Notes under the pieces: generated by a model
What the model was told of the DNA's origin: nothing
Seen by the model: only the letters and a program-made list of their open reading frames with translations
The model's database searches: none
IMG/VR virus record: IMGVR_UViG_3300028569_002586
Location: 32,001 to 96,000 of that record
Reading direction: 5' to 3' (one strand)
DNA: 64,000 nucleotides
Origin: a virus
Made by a program: the position numbers and the translations under genes
Shown: one piece after another, positions 1-11,100 of the stretch
Layout: each line of letters opens with the position of its first letter
Position numbering within the stretch: position 1 is the stretch's first letter

Positions 1-135
1 TGTTTTGGTTGGTGTCATGGTGGGGGTGGGTGTGGGTGAAAGATCAGGTGTGGGTGTCACAGTAGGTGTGACTGTAATGGAAGGTGTCACTGTAGGTGAC
101 ACAGTTATGGAAGGAGTCACAGTGGGTGTTGCAGT
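1..135 (-). pseudogene. In-frame continuation of the PT-repeat region beyond the TAA of the 136..1938 gene
   Basis: Reads [45 protein letters not shown] with no stop to the window edge; nt 1-36 are identical to 838-873. Confidence 0.7.
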
Positions 136-1938
136 TTAAGTTGGGGTAACAGTGGGCGTGATGGTGGGTGTTGTAGAAGGGGTTGCAGTGGGTGTTTTGG
201 TTTGAGTAGGTGTGTTTGTTACTGTCTCTATAGGCGTATAAGTTGGTGTGGGTGTGACAGTGGGTGTGGGCACTGGTGATGCACCAATGATATCCAATGT
301 GTAGGGCCAGGTATTGGAATCAAATGTGTATGTTTCTTGTGCATTTAACTGTGCAAGAGAATTGATCTTGTCTTGTGGTCTGTATTGCACAAAGTATTGA
401 CCATTTTCAGATACACCTACAACTCTGTTCATGTTTGTAAATGTGTTGGCAGATGTGAGCACATAATTGTGACTGGAATTGTTCTTGGATATTTGATACC
501 TGCCAACAATGGCAAGATGTTGATCATATGGTATGCCTGGTGTTAACGAAGGAGTGGGTGTCACAGTGGGTGTCACAGTGGGTGTGATGGTGGGTGTTGC
601 AGAAGGGGTTGCAGTGGGTGAAGGTGCAGGTGGACCAACAGAGGGCGTGACTGTTTTGGTGGGTGTTACAGTGGGTGTAGTTGTTGGAGTAGGAGTGGGC
701 GTTGCTGTTTTCGTAGGTGTAACAGTTGGTGTGACAGTTGCAGTAGGTGTGGGCGAGGGAGTCACTGTAGGTGACACAGTTATGGATGGTGTAACAGTAG
801 GCGATAGGGTGATAGTCGGTGTCACAGTGGGGGTGACTGTTTTGGTTGGTGTCATGGTGGGGGTGGGTGTGGGAGAAGGAGATGGGGCAGGGGGTTCAAC
901 AGATAATGCCATAGTATAATCAATACCACCAACCACTTGTGACCAAACACCTGTGAGTAGTGTGAATACATTTCTATTGCTGTTGTTACCTAATCCCAAT
1001 TGCCCATCGCTATTGTCTCCAGTGCCAAACCATTTAGTAGTACCTGCACTCAGTGCCATGGTTTGGTGACCACCACAAACCACTTGTGACCAAACACCTG
1101 TGAGTGGTGTGAATGTATTTCTAGGGCTATAATAATCGCCAAGACCCAATTGACCATCAGTATTACGCCCTGTGCCAAACCACTTGTTAGTATCAGCACT
1201 CAATGCCATAGTGTGTAATTGACCACATGCCATCTGTGACCAAACACCTGTGAGTGGTGTGAATACATTTCTATTGCTGTTGTCACCTAATCCTAATTGA
1301 CCATAGAAATTGTATCCTGTGGCAAACCACTTGGTAGTACCAGCACTCATGGCCATGGTGTGATTGTTACCACAAACCACCTGTGACCAGTTGCCAGTCA
1401 ATGGTGTGAGGGTGTTTCTGTCAGTACCAAAGCTACTGTTGCCCAATCCCAATTGACCATAGAAATTGTATCCTGTGGCAAACCACTTGGTAGTACCAGC
1501 ACTCATGGCCATGGTGTGATTGTTACCACAAACCACCTGTGACCAATTGCCAGTCAACTGTATGAATGTGTTTGTGCCAATTATATTACCTAATCCCAAT
1601 TCACCTCGGCTATTGTCTCCAGTGGCAAACAATTTAGTAGTACCTGCTGATAGTGCCATTGTATACCATGTACCAGTTATTATTTGACCCCAGTTACCAG
1701 TAAGTGGTTGGAATGTGTTTACATCACTGTTGGTACCAAGACCCAATTGACCATCAGTATTACGCCCTGTGCCAAACCACTTGCCAGTGTCTGCTGATAG
1801 TGCCATGGTATGAAGACTATTATTACAAACCACCTGTGACCAAACACCTGTGAGTGGTGTGAATACATTTCTATTGCTGTTGTTACCTAATCCCAATTGC
1901 CCAAAGAAATTCCGCCCTGTACCATATAATAAACTCAT
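136..1938 (-). CDS. RCC1/BLIP-II beta-propeller repeat protein with Pro/Thr linkers (putative virion fibre/adhesin); likely truncated by an in-frame TAA
   Basis: About 7 repeats of GxNxxGQLGLG...W(S/G)QVxCGxxHTMALS followed by (PT)n tracts; the frame continues as PT repeats beyond the stop at 136-138. Confidence 0.8.
   Translation of the reverse strand: MSLLYGTGRNFFGQLGLGNNSNRNVFTPLTGVWSQVVCNNSLHTMALSADTGKWFGTGRNTDGQLGLGTNSDVNTFQPLTGNWGQIITGTWYTMALSAGTTKLFATGDNSRGELGLGNIIGTNTFIQLTGNWSQVVCGNNHTMAMSAGTTKWFATGYNFYGQLGLGNSSFGTDRNTLTPLTGNWSQVVCGNNHTMAMSAGTTKWFATGYNFYGQLGLGDNSNRNVFTPLTGVWSQMACGQLHTMALSADTNKWFGTGRNTDGQLGLGDYYSPRNTFTPLTGVWSQVVCGGHQTMALSAGTTKWFGTGDNSDGQLGLGNNSNRNVFTLLTGVWSQVVGGIDYTMALSVEPPAPSPSPTPTPTMTPTKTVTPTVTPTITLSPTVTPSITVSPTVTPSPTPTATVTPTVTPTKTATPTPTPTTTPTVTPTKTVTPSVGPPAPSPTATPSATPTITPTVTPTVTPTPSLTPGIPYDQHLAIVGRYQISKNNSSHNYVLTSANTFTNMNRVVGVSENGQYFVQYRPQDKINSLAQLNAQETYTFDSNTWPYTLDIIGASPVPTPTVTPTPTYTPIETVTNTPTQTKTPTATPSTTPTITPTVTPT
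938..1903. repeat. Nucleotide-level mosaic direct repeats among RCC1 blades
   Basis: 1295-1389 = 1451-1545; 1139-1186 = 1736-1783; 938-1006 vs 1835-1903 differ at one base. Confidence 0.9.
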
Positions 1939-1984
1939 ACCCTTATGTCTCCTGTGATAAAATGATGGTCATACATATAATTTA

Positions 1985-4036
1985 TCATGATATGGCTCCT
2001 AAATACTGTCCTGTGCCTCCTGGAGTCACAGCATAGCCATTCAGATTAATACATTTACCAGCAGCACCACCTCCGTAGTTTGATGTCTTTGACCCAGCAC
2101 AACCAGCCCCCGCGCCCGCAGCTCCTAAGCTTCCACCAGCTCCCAATAGCTGGGCGCCTTTGGCACCGCCTGTTTTGTAAGTACCAGCACCACCATTACC
2201 GTTCGAACCGCCTGTACCTGCAGTACCAACTGTAATACCCGCGCCACCAGCTCCTGAACCACCTCCACCAGGGCATTGTTGATATACACCGCACCAAGGC
2301 CAATTACACCCACCTGATCCACCACCACCACCGCCAATAATGCCACTATTTTGTATAGTTAGATTATAATTTAAATTGATGGCAGGTCCACCAGCTCCAC
2401 CACTTGAGTTTGTTCCCCCAGCATTACCACCTTTGCCAGCTACCATACCATTAGCAGGTGAATTTGTTGCATCAGATACTGCAGGTACAATGAGCGTAAC
2501 AGTGGACCCCGCAGGCCATACACCTGTGTCCAATGCAGCAGTTGCAGAAGAAGAACTACCAATGTTGCCTGCCACAGTGAATTCCACATTTCTTGCACCT
2601 GCAGGCACTCCGTAGGTTGCCACATATGCATCATACAGATTCACATTGTTGGTGTTGGTACTGGCTGCACCTATTGTCACAGATTGTGTGGTGGGCGATG
2701 CAGTAGGTGTCACTGTGGGTGTGGGTGTGCGTGTCACTGTGGGGGTGGGTGATACTGAAGGTGTCACAGTGGGTGTCACAGTTTTTGTAGGTGTTACAGA
2801 AGGTGTAGGTGTCATGGTGGGTGTTTTTGTAACTGTAGGTGTGTTTGTTGGTGTGGGAGTTGGTGAAGCGTCCATTGTTTTGGTGGGGGTGACTGTGGGT
2901 GTGAGTGACACAGATGGTGTCACAGTGGGTGTTCTGGTGGGGGTGGGTGTCATGGTGGGTGTTCTGGTGGGAGTGAGTGTGGGCAATACTTTGAGACGCA
3001 AAGAATATGGCACTTTTCTGCTTGTGATCAGATAAGCAGATCCAGGTTGCATCACGGTCAATGTATTTTCAATTTGCAATGGATCATATTCATCAAATTC
3101 AACAAGTGAGGATTGATCTGTGCTGGTGCCAATCACCTTGATGGTGTTGCTCATATCTATGCCAGGTAGATAATTTTCATAGTCTATATTTTGAATGTAC
3201 TGAACATATTCAGTAATTTGCACATTGGCAAAAATGGGTGTGGTGGTTGGAGTAACTGTGGGTGTAGGTGTCCTGGTAGGTGAAACTGTTATGGAGGGTG
3301 TAACTGTGGGTGAGACTGTTTTAGTAGGTGTCACAGTTGGAGTGACTGTTTTAGTAGGTGTCACAGTTGGAGTCATTGTAGGGGTAGCAGTAGGGGTAAC
3401 TGAAGGTGTTATAGTAGGAGTTATAGTAGGTGTAACAGAAGATGTTGGTGTTACTGTAGGGGTTACTGTAGGTGTAGGTGTTTGAGTGGGTGTAGGTGTA
3501 GGGGAAGGAGTTGGGCAAAGATTAGACTGAGCTACAGTTGGCAGTCCACCAAAGGTACTACCAAAACCTGTAGCTACTGTACAGTAATAGACTGTGCCTG
3601 TAACAAGTATACCTAAAGAATTGAGAGTGAGGCTAGGTGCAGTACTACCAAGAAAATACCAACTCACCATGCTAGCACAATAATCAAATGTAGTGTATGG
3701 TATGATGGTTATATTTTTGCCAATGGTAATAGTTGTCATGTAGCTACAGTCACTAAATACCTGAGTGCCAAGGCTAGTAACACCATTGCCTATGGTTGCA
3801 CTGATTAGATCCTGGCAGTTCATGAACGCTGAATTTCCAATACTTGTCACATTGTCAGGAATAATGAGACTGGTTATCCGTGTACTAGCAAATGCAGAAT
3901 TACCAATACTGGTTACTTCATTACCAAATGTAACTGCGATTAATGGTGATGGCACAAATCTATTATAACTACTTTGTGTTATAATGGTATCAGTACTGGT
4001 AGAAGTGGTACCATTAAGATAATAAAATGTTGTCAT
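1985..4036 (-). CDS. BspA-type LRR (LRR_5) protein with two Pro/Thr linkers and a Gly-rich C-terminal domain (putative fibre/adhesin)
   Basis: IPDNVTSIGNSAF / IGNGVTSLG repeats, (PT)n tracts, GGGGGGSGG tail typical of phage Gly-rich fibre domains. Confidence 0.75.
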   Translation of the reverse strand: MTTFYYLNGTTSTSTDTIITQSSYNRFVPSPLIAVTFGNEVTSIGNSAFASTRITSLIIPDNVTSIGNSAFMNCQDLISATIGNGVTSLGTQVFSDCSYMTTITIGKNITIIPYTTFDYCASMVSWYFLGSTAPSLTLNSLGILVTGTVYYCTVATGFGSTFGGLPTVAQSNLCPTPSPTPTPTQTPTPTVTPTVTPTSSVTPTITPTITPSVTPTATPTMTPTVTPTKTVTPTVTPTKTVSPTVTPSITVSPTRTPTPTVTPTTTPIFANVQITEYVQYIQNIDYENYLPGIDMSNTIKVIGTSTDQSSLVEFDEYDPLQIENTLTVMQPGSAYLITSRKVPYSLRLKVLPTLTPTRTPTMTPTPTRTPTVTPSVSLTPTVTPTKTMDASPTPTPTNTPTVTKTPTMTPTPSVTPTKTVTPTVTPSVSPTPTVTRTPTPTVTPTASPTTQSVTIGAASTNTNNVNLYDAYVATYGVPAGARNVEFTVAGNIGSSSSATAALDTGVWPAGSTVTLIVPAVSDATNSPANGMVAGKGGNAGGTNSSGGAGGPAINLNYNLTIQNSGIIGGGGGGSGGCNWPWCGVYQQCPGGGGSGAGGAGITVGTAGTGGSNGNGGAGTYKTGGAKGAQLLGAGGSLGAAGAGAGCAGSKTSNYGGGAAGKCINLNGYAVTPGGTGQYLGAIS

Positions 4037-7000
4037 AGCACTAAATCTCCTGCTGTGAAGTAGTTGACATATGTATAATTTATGGGTGCCCGGTAATAGG
4101 TAAACACTTCATTTGCATAAATGGGGTCAAATAGCACATTGGCCACAAGCTGCGTTCCAATGTATAGATTCATAGTTTCTGGTATTGTGAGAGCAGATAG
4201 GCCATTGTAACTCAGAACATCTTGACTGCCATCTGTGGTCAGGGTGACACCACTTAGACCAATGGGCCCTGGGCCTATAAGAGATGTATCCAAGTTTAAT
4301 CCAGGATCAGATGTACCCACATCATTCAAATAGAAACCATTCACATTGAAGTTCTTAATCATCATTTTGGTTGCAGACACACTGGAGCTGAATGACAAGC
4401 ATGGTTTCACATACCTGGGCAATGCTTTTGTCAAGGCATAATTGGCATATGTGTGGAACTTTTCTTGATCAGGCTTCTTATGCTGCACAATGACTTGTCT
4501 GCCCAAATTGGCAATACGCACTCTGACTCTCTTGAATTCAGGTGCACCAGCAGTGATGTACTGATAGATGGTGAATGGTTCTGCAAATGCAGAAAGTGTG
4601 GGTGTTCTGTACAGTGTTTGATATGCTTTGAAGAATGCATCTCTGATGGTAATAGAGTTCGCTACACTGGAACTGTATCCTTGTGTGTTAAAACCTTGCA
4701 AGCCAAAATTACCATTGATGTCAAATCCAACACCCAAAATACCACCAGAAAGACCTGCATAATTGATAAAATCAGCTTCATTGAGTGCATTGGCACTGAT
4801 AAATGTTGCATTGGTGTAGTTTAATCCAGGTCCAGGTGCCCCTCCTGCAGTTTGTGCTGTGTATCCCAAGAAAGATACACAGAATCCTTCACCAGCTTGC
4901 TGTTGATCACCATGGCAAGCATAATCAAATGTGACTACCACATCTTTTGTTGTGTCAAACCCACTGCTTGCATATATGATGGTGCTCACAGATTCTGGGG
5001 TGAGCTCATAATACCCAGAAGGGTAAATGGTCAAGGTAGTTGTTGCAGACCCTGTGAAATTGTCGTTTGTAACTACAGCACTCACAGTGTAGGTGCCAGT
5101 GCTAATGGGCAACACTTGGGTATTGCCTTGCAAGTAGTAAGTGTTGAATGTCAATCCACCATATGCAGCTGCATAAGCAGTCACAGTTTGAACTGTGCCA
5201 TTGTAAATGTAATTGGGTGCAGGTGGATCAAAGAATATTGCATTGGAAATATCCAATTTTTGAAGTGCAACAGTTGTTTGTGCAGTCACTGGTACAAATA
5301 TGGATGTGGAAGCAGAACTCAATAGCAGTGTCACTGTGCCAGAACCACTCAGAGCAGAAAGTGTATTTGTGGCCACCATGACACCAGGGCCAGACAACAC
5401 TGAAGCATACACTGGAATGTCATTGGTAGAGAAATAGTAGGCAGAAACACGGGTCACTGCAGTCTGCAGGTATCCCAATGTTGCAGGCACATTAATTATG
5501 TTAATTTCTGGTGTGGCTCTGGGCACAGAACCAGGTGGTTCATCTGGTGTAATGAATGCTGCATTGCTTATCAGCGTGGTGTATGCACTGTCAGTATATG
5601 CTGTTCTGCCTTGTGGGTTGCCAGTATAATAAAAAGACAATCCAAAATTAGTAGGATCAGCACTCAATTGCAAGTACAGGCTGTCTATGGCTTTGGAGCT
5701 CAATTGGCAATTTTGTACTTGCAGATCATATACAGAGGATATGTTTTGATGCAGAGTGATGGCAGTTAGTGGGTTATTGTTGCAATACAAGAAGTTTATG
5801 TTTTGTATATTGGATAAATTGAGTGCAGATAATTGATTGTTAGAAAGGTGGAGGTACTCAAATGAAGCAGAGTTTAGATTGATCTGAGATATTTGATTGT
5901 CATAAAGATATAACGTTACATAATCTTGACTCTGCGCATTGAAATTTACACCTGTTAGCTGATTAGAATTTGCATAACATTGTGTTAAATTGGGGTGTGA
6001 ATTGATTGTTAATTGTTTTAATTGATTATCATGCAGGTACAATGTATCCAAATTGCTGCTGTTGCAGTCAACAAAAGAAGATAACTTATTTGCATATGCA
6101 TACACTGTTACAAGAGAATTAAAATTACTAATATCCAGGCTTGTTATGGAATTATTATTACAAATTAAGCTGGTTAAATTGGTGGCTTGTGGCAAGTTTA
6201 CTTCATTGAGTTTGTTTTGTGTTACAGACAGGCTAACTAAATTTTTTGTGTTTATTTGTGGAGGGAGAGCAGTCAGACTTGTAAGACCAATTGAAACCGC
6301 GCTTAAGAAATTGGTGTTGGTTAGATCAATGGCAGACAAATAGTAGTGCTGGTTGCTAAGGGTAAGGCCACTTAAAGAAGGGTTATTGACAAGTGATATG
6401 GCAGATAATGAATGCCTGTTGGCTGGTGAGCTAGAAGTTGTACCTGCAATTCTAACTGTGTGGAGAGAGGGGTTATTATTAAGATTGTATCTTGGCACGT
6501 TGCGATTGGTAGAAGAATTAAAATATTTTAAACTGGGAGAATTGAAGGTCACTGCGGAACTTAAGTTGGCATTAACGGTTAAATTTACAGTTCGAAGAGA
6601 ATTGTAAGTGAGGTTGGTGTTGAGTGCAGTTAATCCAGGATTGAATTGTATGTCAATGATTTGCATTGCACTCAGCCTTTGTAAATTCAAGTCATAAGGT
6701 GCAGATGCAGATCCCATTGTGTAGAAACGGAGCCAATTTAGAGCAGAAAGTCCAGAAAAATCAAAAGAAGAAAGCTTTGGGATATTGCTGAGGTACAGTT
6801 GTTGCAAGTTTTGCAAATATGTTATATTCAAGCTGGTCAAGGAAGGCAGATTGGTAAAACTAAGGAAGTATACTTTGTTAAAATTATTAGGTGAAGACAG
6901 ATTTATAGCTGCATCAGGATTTCCATCCAAGAACAGTGAGCCAGTTCCATTGTTGGGGTATATGACGTTGGTTAATTTTGAGCAGCCATTAAGATACAGA

Positions 7001-8175
7001 TCTCCTAGGCCAGTCAAAGGTGTTAAATCCACTGAGGACAGATTTGAGCAGCCAGCAAGGGTTAAATAACTGTTAGGGAGGCTGATGGGAGGTGCAGGAT
7101 CATTGTCCAGATGCACATTACTGAAGTAGATGCTTGTTAAAGATGGGCAAGATTGTATTTGAAGATTGTACAGTCTAGTTGAACTGGGTATTTCTGCAAA
7201 ATTTAAATCAACAAGATCAGGAGAATTGCTTACATTTAGAGCCCTTAAGCTGGATAAACTGGCAATGCCTTTGATTGCACTCAAAGCACTCAGAGAACCC
7301 AATCCAGATATATCCAAATAATATAACCCAGACAATCCATCTAATGTAATGTTGTTTGCAGAAAGGGTGTATTGTGGGTCATATGGTGCTATTTCACCGC
7401 TGTATCCCCTGCCGCCCAGATACAAGTACTTCAGGGTGGGAAAATTAGGAATATTAACTGCAGTTAAGTTGTTGTTTGCCAGACTTAATATTTCAATTGA
7501 GCTTAGAGGTCCAGTAAGGTTGAAGGAATTTAATTTTCTATTGGAATATGAGACGGAATTCCAGCGACTGATTGTAAAAGTTCTTAGGGCAGATAGAAAC
7601 TGTGTGTCACACAGAGAGAAGTCTTTGACCTGTAATTGATTTTGCCCTGCATATACATTTGGAATTTGACCACCTTTGAATTCTAATGCAGAAAGAGATC
7701 CATCTGACATATTCAAACCATTAGAAAATTGACAACCACTGATATTAAAGGTTACCAAATTACCCTGTCTGAGATCTATGTAATTGATATTCCTGTTAAA
7801 TACACCTGCAATCCTCACTGCAGTAAGATTGCCATAGTAATTTCCAGCCCACATGGTAAGATTTGTAAGATACTGATTGTATCTCAAATCCAAGTCTCCC
7901 CTCATGTATGTGCCTTCTGCAAATATTCTGGCAAGATTGGGGAACAAGTCAAAATCTATGTAAGTTGCATATTGAGGGCCTCGGGGTGCAAATTGACCAG
8001 AATAAATTTCAGTTATTAGTGCAAGTTTTGAGGAAGCATTGTTGAGATATAATGTGGAGCTACTATTTGCATCTACATAGTAGTCTGTGCCAGATATGAG
8101 ATGTACATTGCTATTAAAAAACCCTGATGATGTGGTTAGTAGTGTGTTGGATGTTGCTGCTGGTACAAATGCCAT
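4033..8175 (-). CDS. Large LRR protein with MBG/Ig-like domain and L-type lectin-like C-terminal domain (putative receptor-binding protein)
   Basis: Many LxxLxLxxNxL repeats; YNG...P...GTYTVSAV (MBG-like); GEGFCVSF...GGxLGVGFD (legume-lectin-like). Confidence 0.7.
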   Translation of the reverse strand: MAFVPAATSNTLLTTSSGFFNSNVHLISGTDYYVDANSSSTLYLNNASSKLALITEIYSGQFAPRGPQYATYIDFDLFPNLARIFAEGTYMRGDLDLRYNQYLTNLTMWAGNYYGNLTAVRIAGVFNRNINYIDLRQGNLVTFNISGCQFSNGLNMSDGSLSALEFKGGQIPNVYAGQNQLQVKDFSLCDTQFLSALRTFTISRWNSVSYSNRKLNSFNLTGPLSSIEILSLANNNLTAVNIPNFPTLKYLYLGGRGYSGEIAPYDPQYTLSANNITLDGLSGLYYLDISGLGSLSALSAIKGIASLSSLRALNVSNSPDLVDLNFAEIPSSTRLYNLQIQSCPSLTSIYFSNVHLDNDPAPPISLPNSYLTLAGCSNLSSVDLTPLTGLGDLYLNGCSKLTNVIYPNNGTGSLFLDGNPDAAINLSSPNNFNKVYFLSFTNLPSLTSLNITYLQNLQQLYLSNIPKLSSFDFSGLSALNWLRFYTMGSASAPYDLNLQRLSAMQIIDIQFNPGLTALNTNLTYNSLRTVNLTVNANLSSAVTFNSPSLKYFNSSTNRNVPRYNLNNNPSLHTVRIAGTTSSSPANRHSLSAISLVNNPSLSGLTLSNQHYYLSAIDLTNTNFLSAVSIGLTSLTALPPQINTKNLVSLSVTQNKLNEVNLPQATNLTSLICNNNSITSLDISNFNSLVTVYAYANKLSSFVDCNSSNLDTLYLHDNQLKQLTINSHPNLTQCYANSNQLTGVNFNAQSQDYVTLYLYDNQISQINLNSASFEYLHLSNNQLSALNLSNIQNINFLYCNNNPLTAITLHQNISSVYDLQVQNCQLSSKAIDSLYLQLSADPTNFGLSFYYTGNPQGRTAYTDSAYTTLISNAAFITPDEPPGSVPRATPEINIINVPATLGYLQTAVTRVSAYYFSTNDIPVYASVLSGPGVMVATNTLSALSGSGTVTLLLSSASTSIFVPVTAQTTVALQKLDISNAIFFDPPAPNYIYNGTVQTVTAYAAAYGGLTFNTYYLQGNTQVLPISTGTYTVSAVVTNDNFTGSATTTLTIYPSGYYELTPESVSTIIYASSGFDTTKDVVVTFDYACHGDQQQAGEGFCVSFLGYTAQTAGGAPGPGLNYTNATFISANALNEADFINYAGLSGGILGVGFDINGNFGLQGFNTQGYSSSVANSITIRDAFFKAYQTLYRTPTLSAFAEPFTIYQYITAGAPEFKRVRVRIANLGRQVIVQHKKPDQEKFHTYANYALTKALPRYVKPCLSFSSSVSATKMMIKNFNVNGFYLNDVGTSDPGLNLDTSLIGPGPIGLSGVTLTTDGSQDVLSYNGLSALTIPETMNLYIGTQLVANVLFDPIYANEVFTYYRAPINYTYVNYFTAGDLVL

Positions 8176-8178
8176 ATG

Positions 8179-11100
8179 TTATGCAAATATAAAATTGCCT
8201 CCAGTGTTGCCAATGCTGCTGCCCACAACAGAATATGTATTAAACTGTTGATAGCTGCTTGGGTTGCTAAAATTAGTGTGCAGAGTTTCAATGGTGGGTG
8301 TGTACATGGTGTTGATCACATTGGCTAATATACCGTTAAAGTATTTAAAGTCAGTATTGAAGATATAAAACATATTAGATGTGTCTTTTCCAAGATATGT
8401 AATGCTATATGTGCTTGTTTCTGAGTTGAATCTCAAAATGGGCTTTTCCACAGTCACAATATCAATGTTTAATCCAGTACCTGATAGTGTGAAGTCAATC
8501 ACATCACTGTATTGTATGTCAGCAACACGCATGTCAGGGTAAATTTGCACCAAATTGAAGGTGTTTAAATTCAATGCATAGATCACAGGATAAATGGCTT
8601 TGAAGTTGGATGCACTCAGTGTGGGGTGCAGTATTGTCTTGGCCAAGATGAGCTCATTGTTCTTCTCATCAAACCAAACAGTGGAGAATTTTTCTATATT
8701 TTCATTGAGGTTACCCCTGGTAACATATGTTTCATTGTTTGAAGATGTTCTGACACTATTATCTGTATAGTCAAATTCTATTTTATCAAACACCAGGTGG
8801 TTTTGTGTTTCAAGTTGCAGGGTGTCATAGTAGATATCAAAATTGATGATCTTTGTGTTGATTTCATCTAATATACTGGAAGGGTACTTCAGGAAGACAC
8901 CAGATAATGCACTGGACACTGGTTGAATGATGGAGCTGTTGGAGTTCCTAAAATAAAGATCACCATAATTAATATATTTTGTTTGGTAAATGGTTTGTTT
9001 TTCATTTAACCCTGGTAGAGTTGGCACATAAGCTGTGTCTCTGTTGGGCAGGACTATATTAAAGAACCTGCTGTACAACACAAAATTTGATGGATCATAA
9101 AACTCATCATTGCATGGGGTGAATTGATCTGTGAAAGAACTCACAACAAAGTAATATGCATAATAGTTGGTTAGTGCTGATGGTGGGGGTGTGAATGTGT
9201 AAACACCTGCAAAGGCAAAGTTGGCTCTATAATCAGGCCCACTGGGATTGACACCACCATCTGCAAGGATATCATAATAAACAGGAGATGTTATGGGGTC
9301 AAATGAGGGATCATCAGAAGATGCATCTACTAACAGATCACCATTGGGAGAGATGAAGCTGAAACCATCACGCACATTGCAATCAAAGAAGATATTAATT
9401 GTATCAGAGCAGAAGCGTTCAGGTTGCAGTCGGTAAGAAACAATGGAGAAAGGTTCTCCTGAAAGTGCAAACAAAGGTATGCCATTATCATACTGTGAAG
9501 CGGAAAGCGGTGATGCACCTGTGATGCTGCTAGCATGTGTGAAGTATCCTGATCCAGGTGGAATTTGTGTTATAGTTCTGGCAATTACACCAGAATAATT
9601 TTTAGCTGGATCAACTTCTGTATAATCAAAGTTAAATCCACTTGTAAAGTCATAAAAAGTGTGACCGTCCAGTATCAAGCAATTTTTATCTTGATTTTCT
9701 ATGCTAATTGTTGACAGTATTGCTGATGTGTTTTTGTATGGTTCAGTTAATTTGTAGAGTCCGTAGTCATTGCCATACACATCTGATTTGTATTGTACCA
9801 GTGTCTTGTTGATGCTCAACAAGGTCTCCAAACGCGTTTCAATGGGAAAGAAAATTGAAGGCACAAGAGGGTACACATCTGAATTTGCCCATCTATTTTT
9901 CAGCAGATCCTCAAAAAAATCTTGTGGATCCACATGTCTGGATATGCCTTGATTGGAGAAATCTATGGACTGTTCTCTGGCTTGATAAGCTCTGAAGGTA
10001 TGCAGCAATGGATCACTCTTCACGTCACCAAATTTATAACAATTAGAATAATCAATCTGTGTGAAGCTGTTGTCTTCTATGAAAGTTAAAGGTGAAAATT
10101 GATCTTGTTGTGTATTACCAGAAATATTTCCAAATTTATTTGGGTCAGGAAAAATATAGACTGTATTTGTCTGAAGAGAGGTTACATTGACGTTGTAAGT
10201 GAAATTAAAATTGTTAAAGTTTAAAAACCCCACCCGATCTGGCTTGAAGAACAGACCTTGTTGCTTTGCAGTTTTTAAATTTGCTTCATTAGGAACAAAA
10301 GCTACAGTGGGTGATAATTTGTTCAAATAATTTGCAAAAGGGCTTTGAGCTTGAAAAAGCATTCCTGAGGCAACATTTGTGAGACTGTTACCAGTTGATA
10401 CATAATAAAAATCTGTGCCTGTGTATTTCTTGTTAAGTTCAGAAAGAAGATTTAATTTTAAATTGTTTTCTGTGTTGTTGTTGATGAGATTGATGAAATC
10501 TCTGTCTTTTAGTAGGTCCAGCCTGGAGGGATCAATTGCAGGTAAAACTGAAAAATTATTTGTTCCAATTTCAGTTAAAAAGAATGGGTAGCTTGTTATG
10601 GCATTTACTATGGAACGGTCAAAATTAAGATACAGTTCAGCATCAATGTTGAATATGTTTAAAACAAAATCAGTTTCTCTGAGACCAGATGCATTGTATG
10701 CTGAAGCAGGCAGTGTGCCCAGATCAAAATAGTCAGAATAGTTGTCATACAATTCTTCAAGTTCAACTAAAGTATCATTGCGTATGGATGAAATGGAAAG
10801 GTTCAGTGTTCTGATCAGGGCAGTTAAATCCTGTGCTTCCAAGGTTTTAGAGATTTCATTATAAATGAGTCTTTCCAATCCAGAATTGCTTCCCTTGAGA
10901 TTGTATTCCACAACAGCTGTTTTAGCTGTATCTCTAAGAGTGGAGAAGTATATGCAAATATCTTTAATTTTCTTTGCAAAGAAGGGAACTGCAATTGCAA
11001 GATCTCTATTGTTTGTATAGTCAATATTTTTTAAAAATCTTCTCTCATCCACAGATGTAAAGTTTAAAACAATTTCATTAATAAAATCTAGGTAATATGT

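Noticed and set aside
136-138. Genome-wide stop-codon reassignment
   Set aside because: Conserved genes (gp43, gp17, gp18, gp41) are full length in code 11, and TAA, TGA and TAG all end genes normally
1-900. G-run-rich plus strand as a G-quadruplex or telomere-like element
   Set aside because: Fully explained by CCN/ACN codons of the Pro/Thr repeats on the minus strand
938-1903. Repeats as a CRISPR array or a DGR template/variable pair
   Set aside because: Repeats are in-frame protein blades without unique spacers; mismatches are not clearly adenine-specific and no reverse transcriptase or cas gene is in the window
533-3485. Plus-strand Val/Gly-rich ORFs (533..919, 2376..2615, 2646..3035, 3225..3485)
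   Set aside because: Antisense shadows of the (Pro-Thr)n and Gly-rich coding repeats; no promoter context
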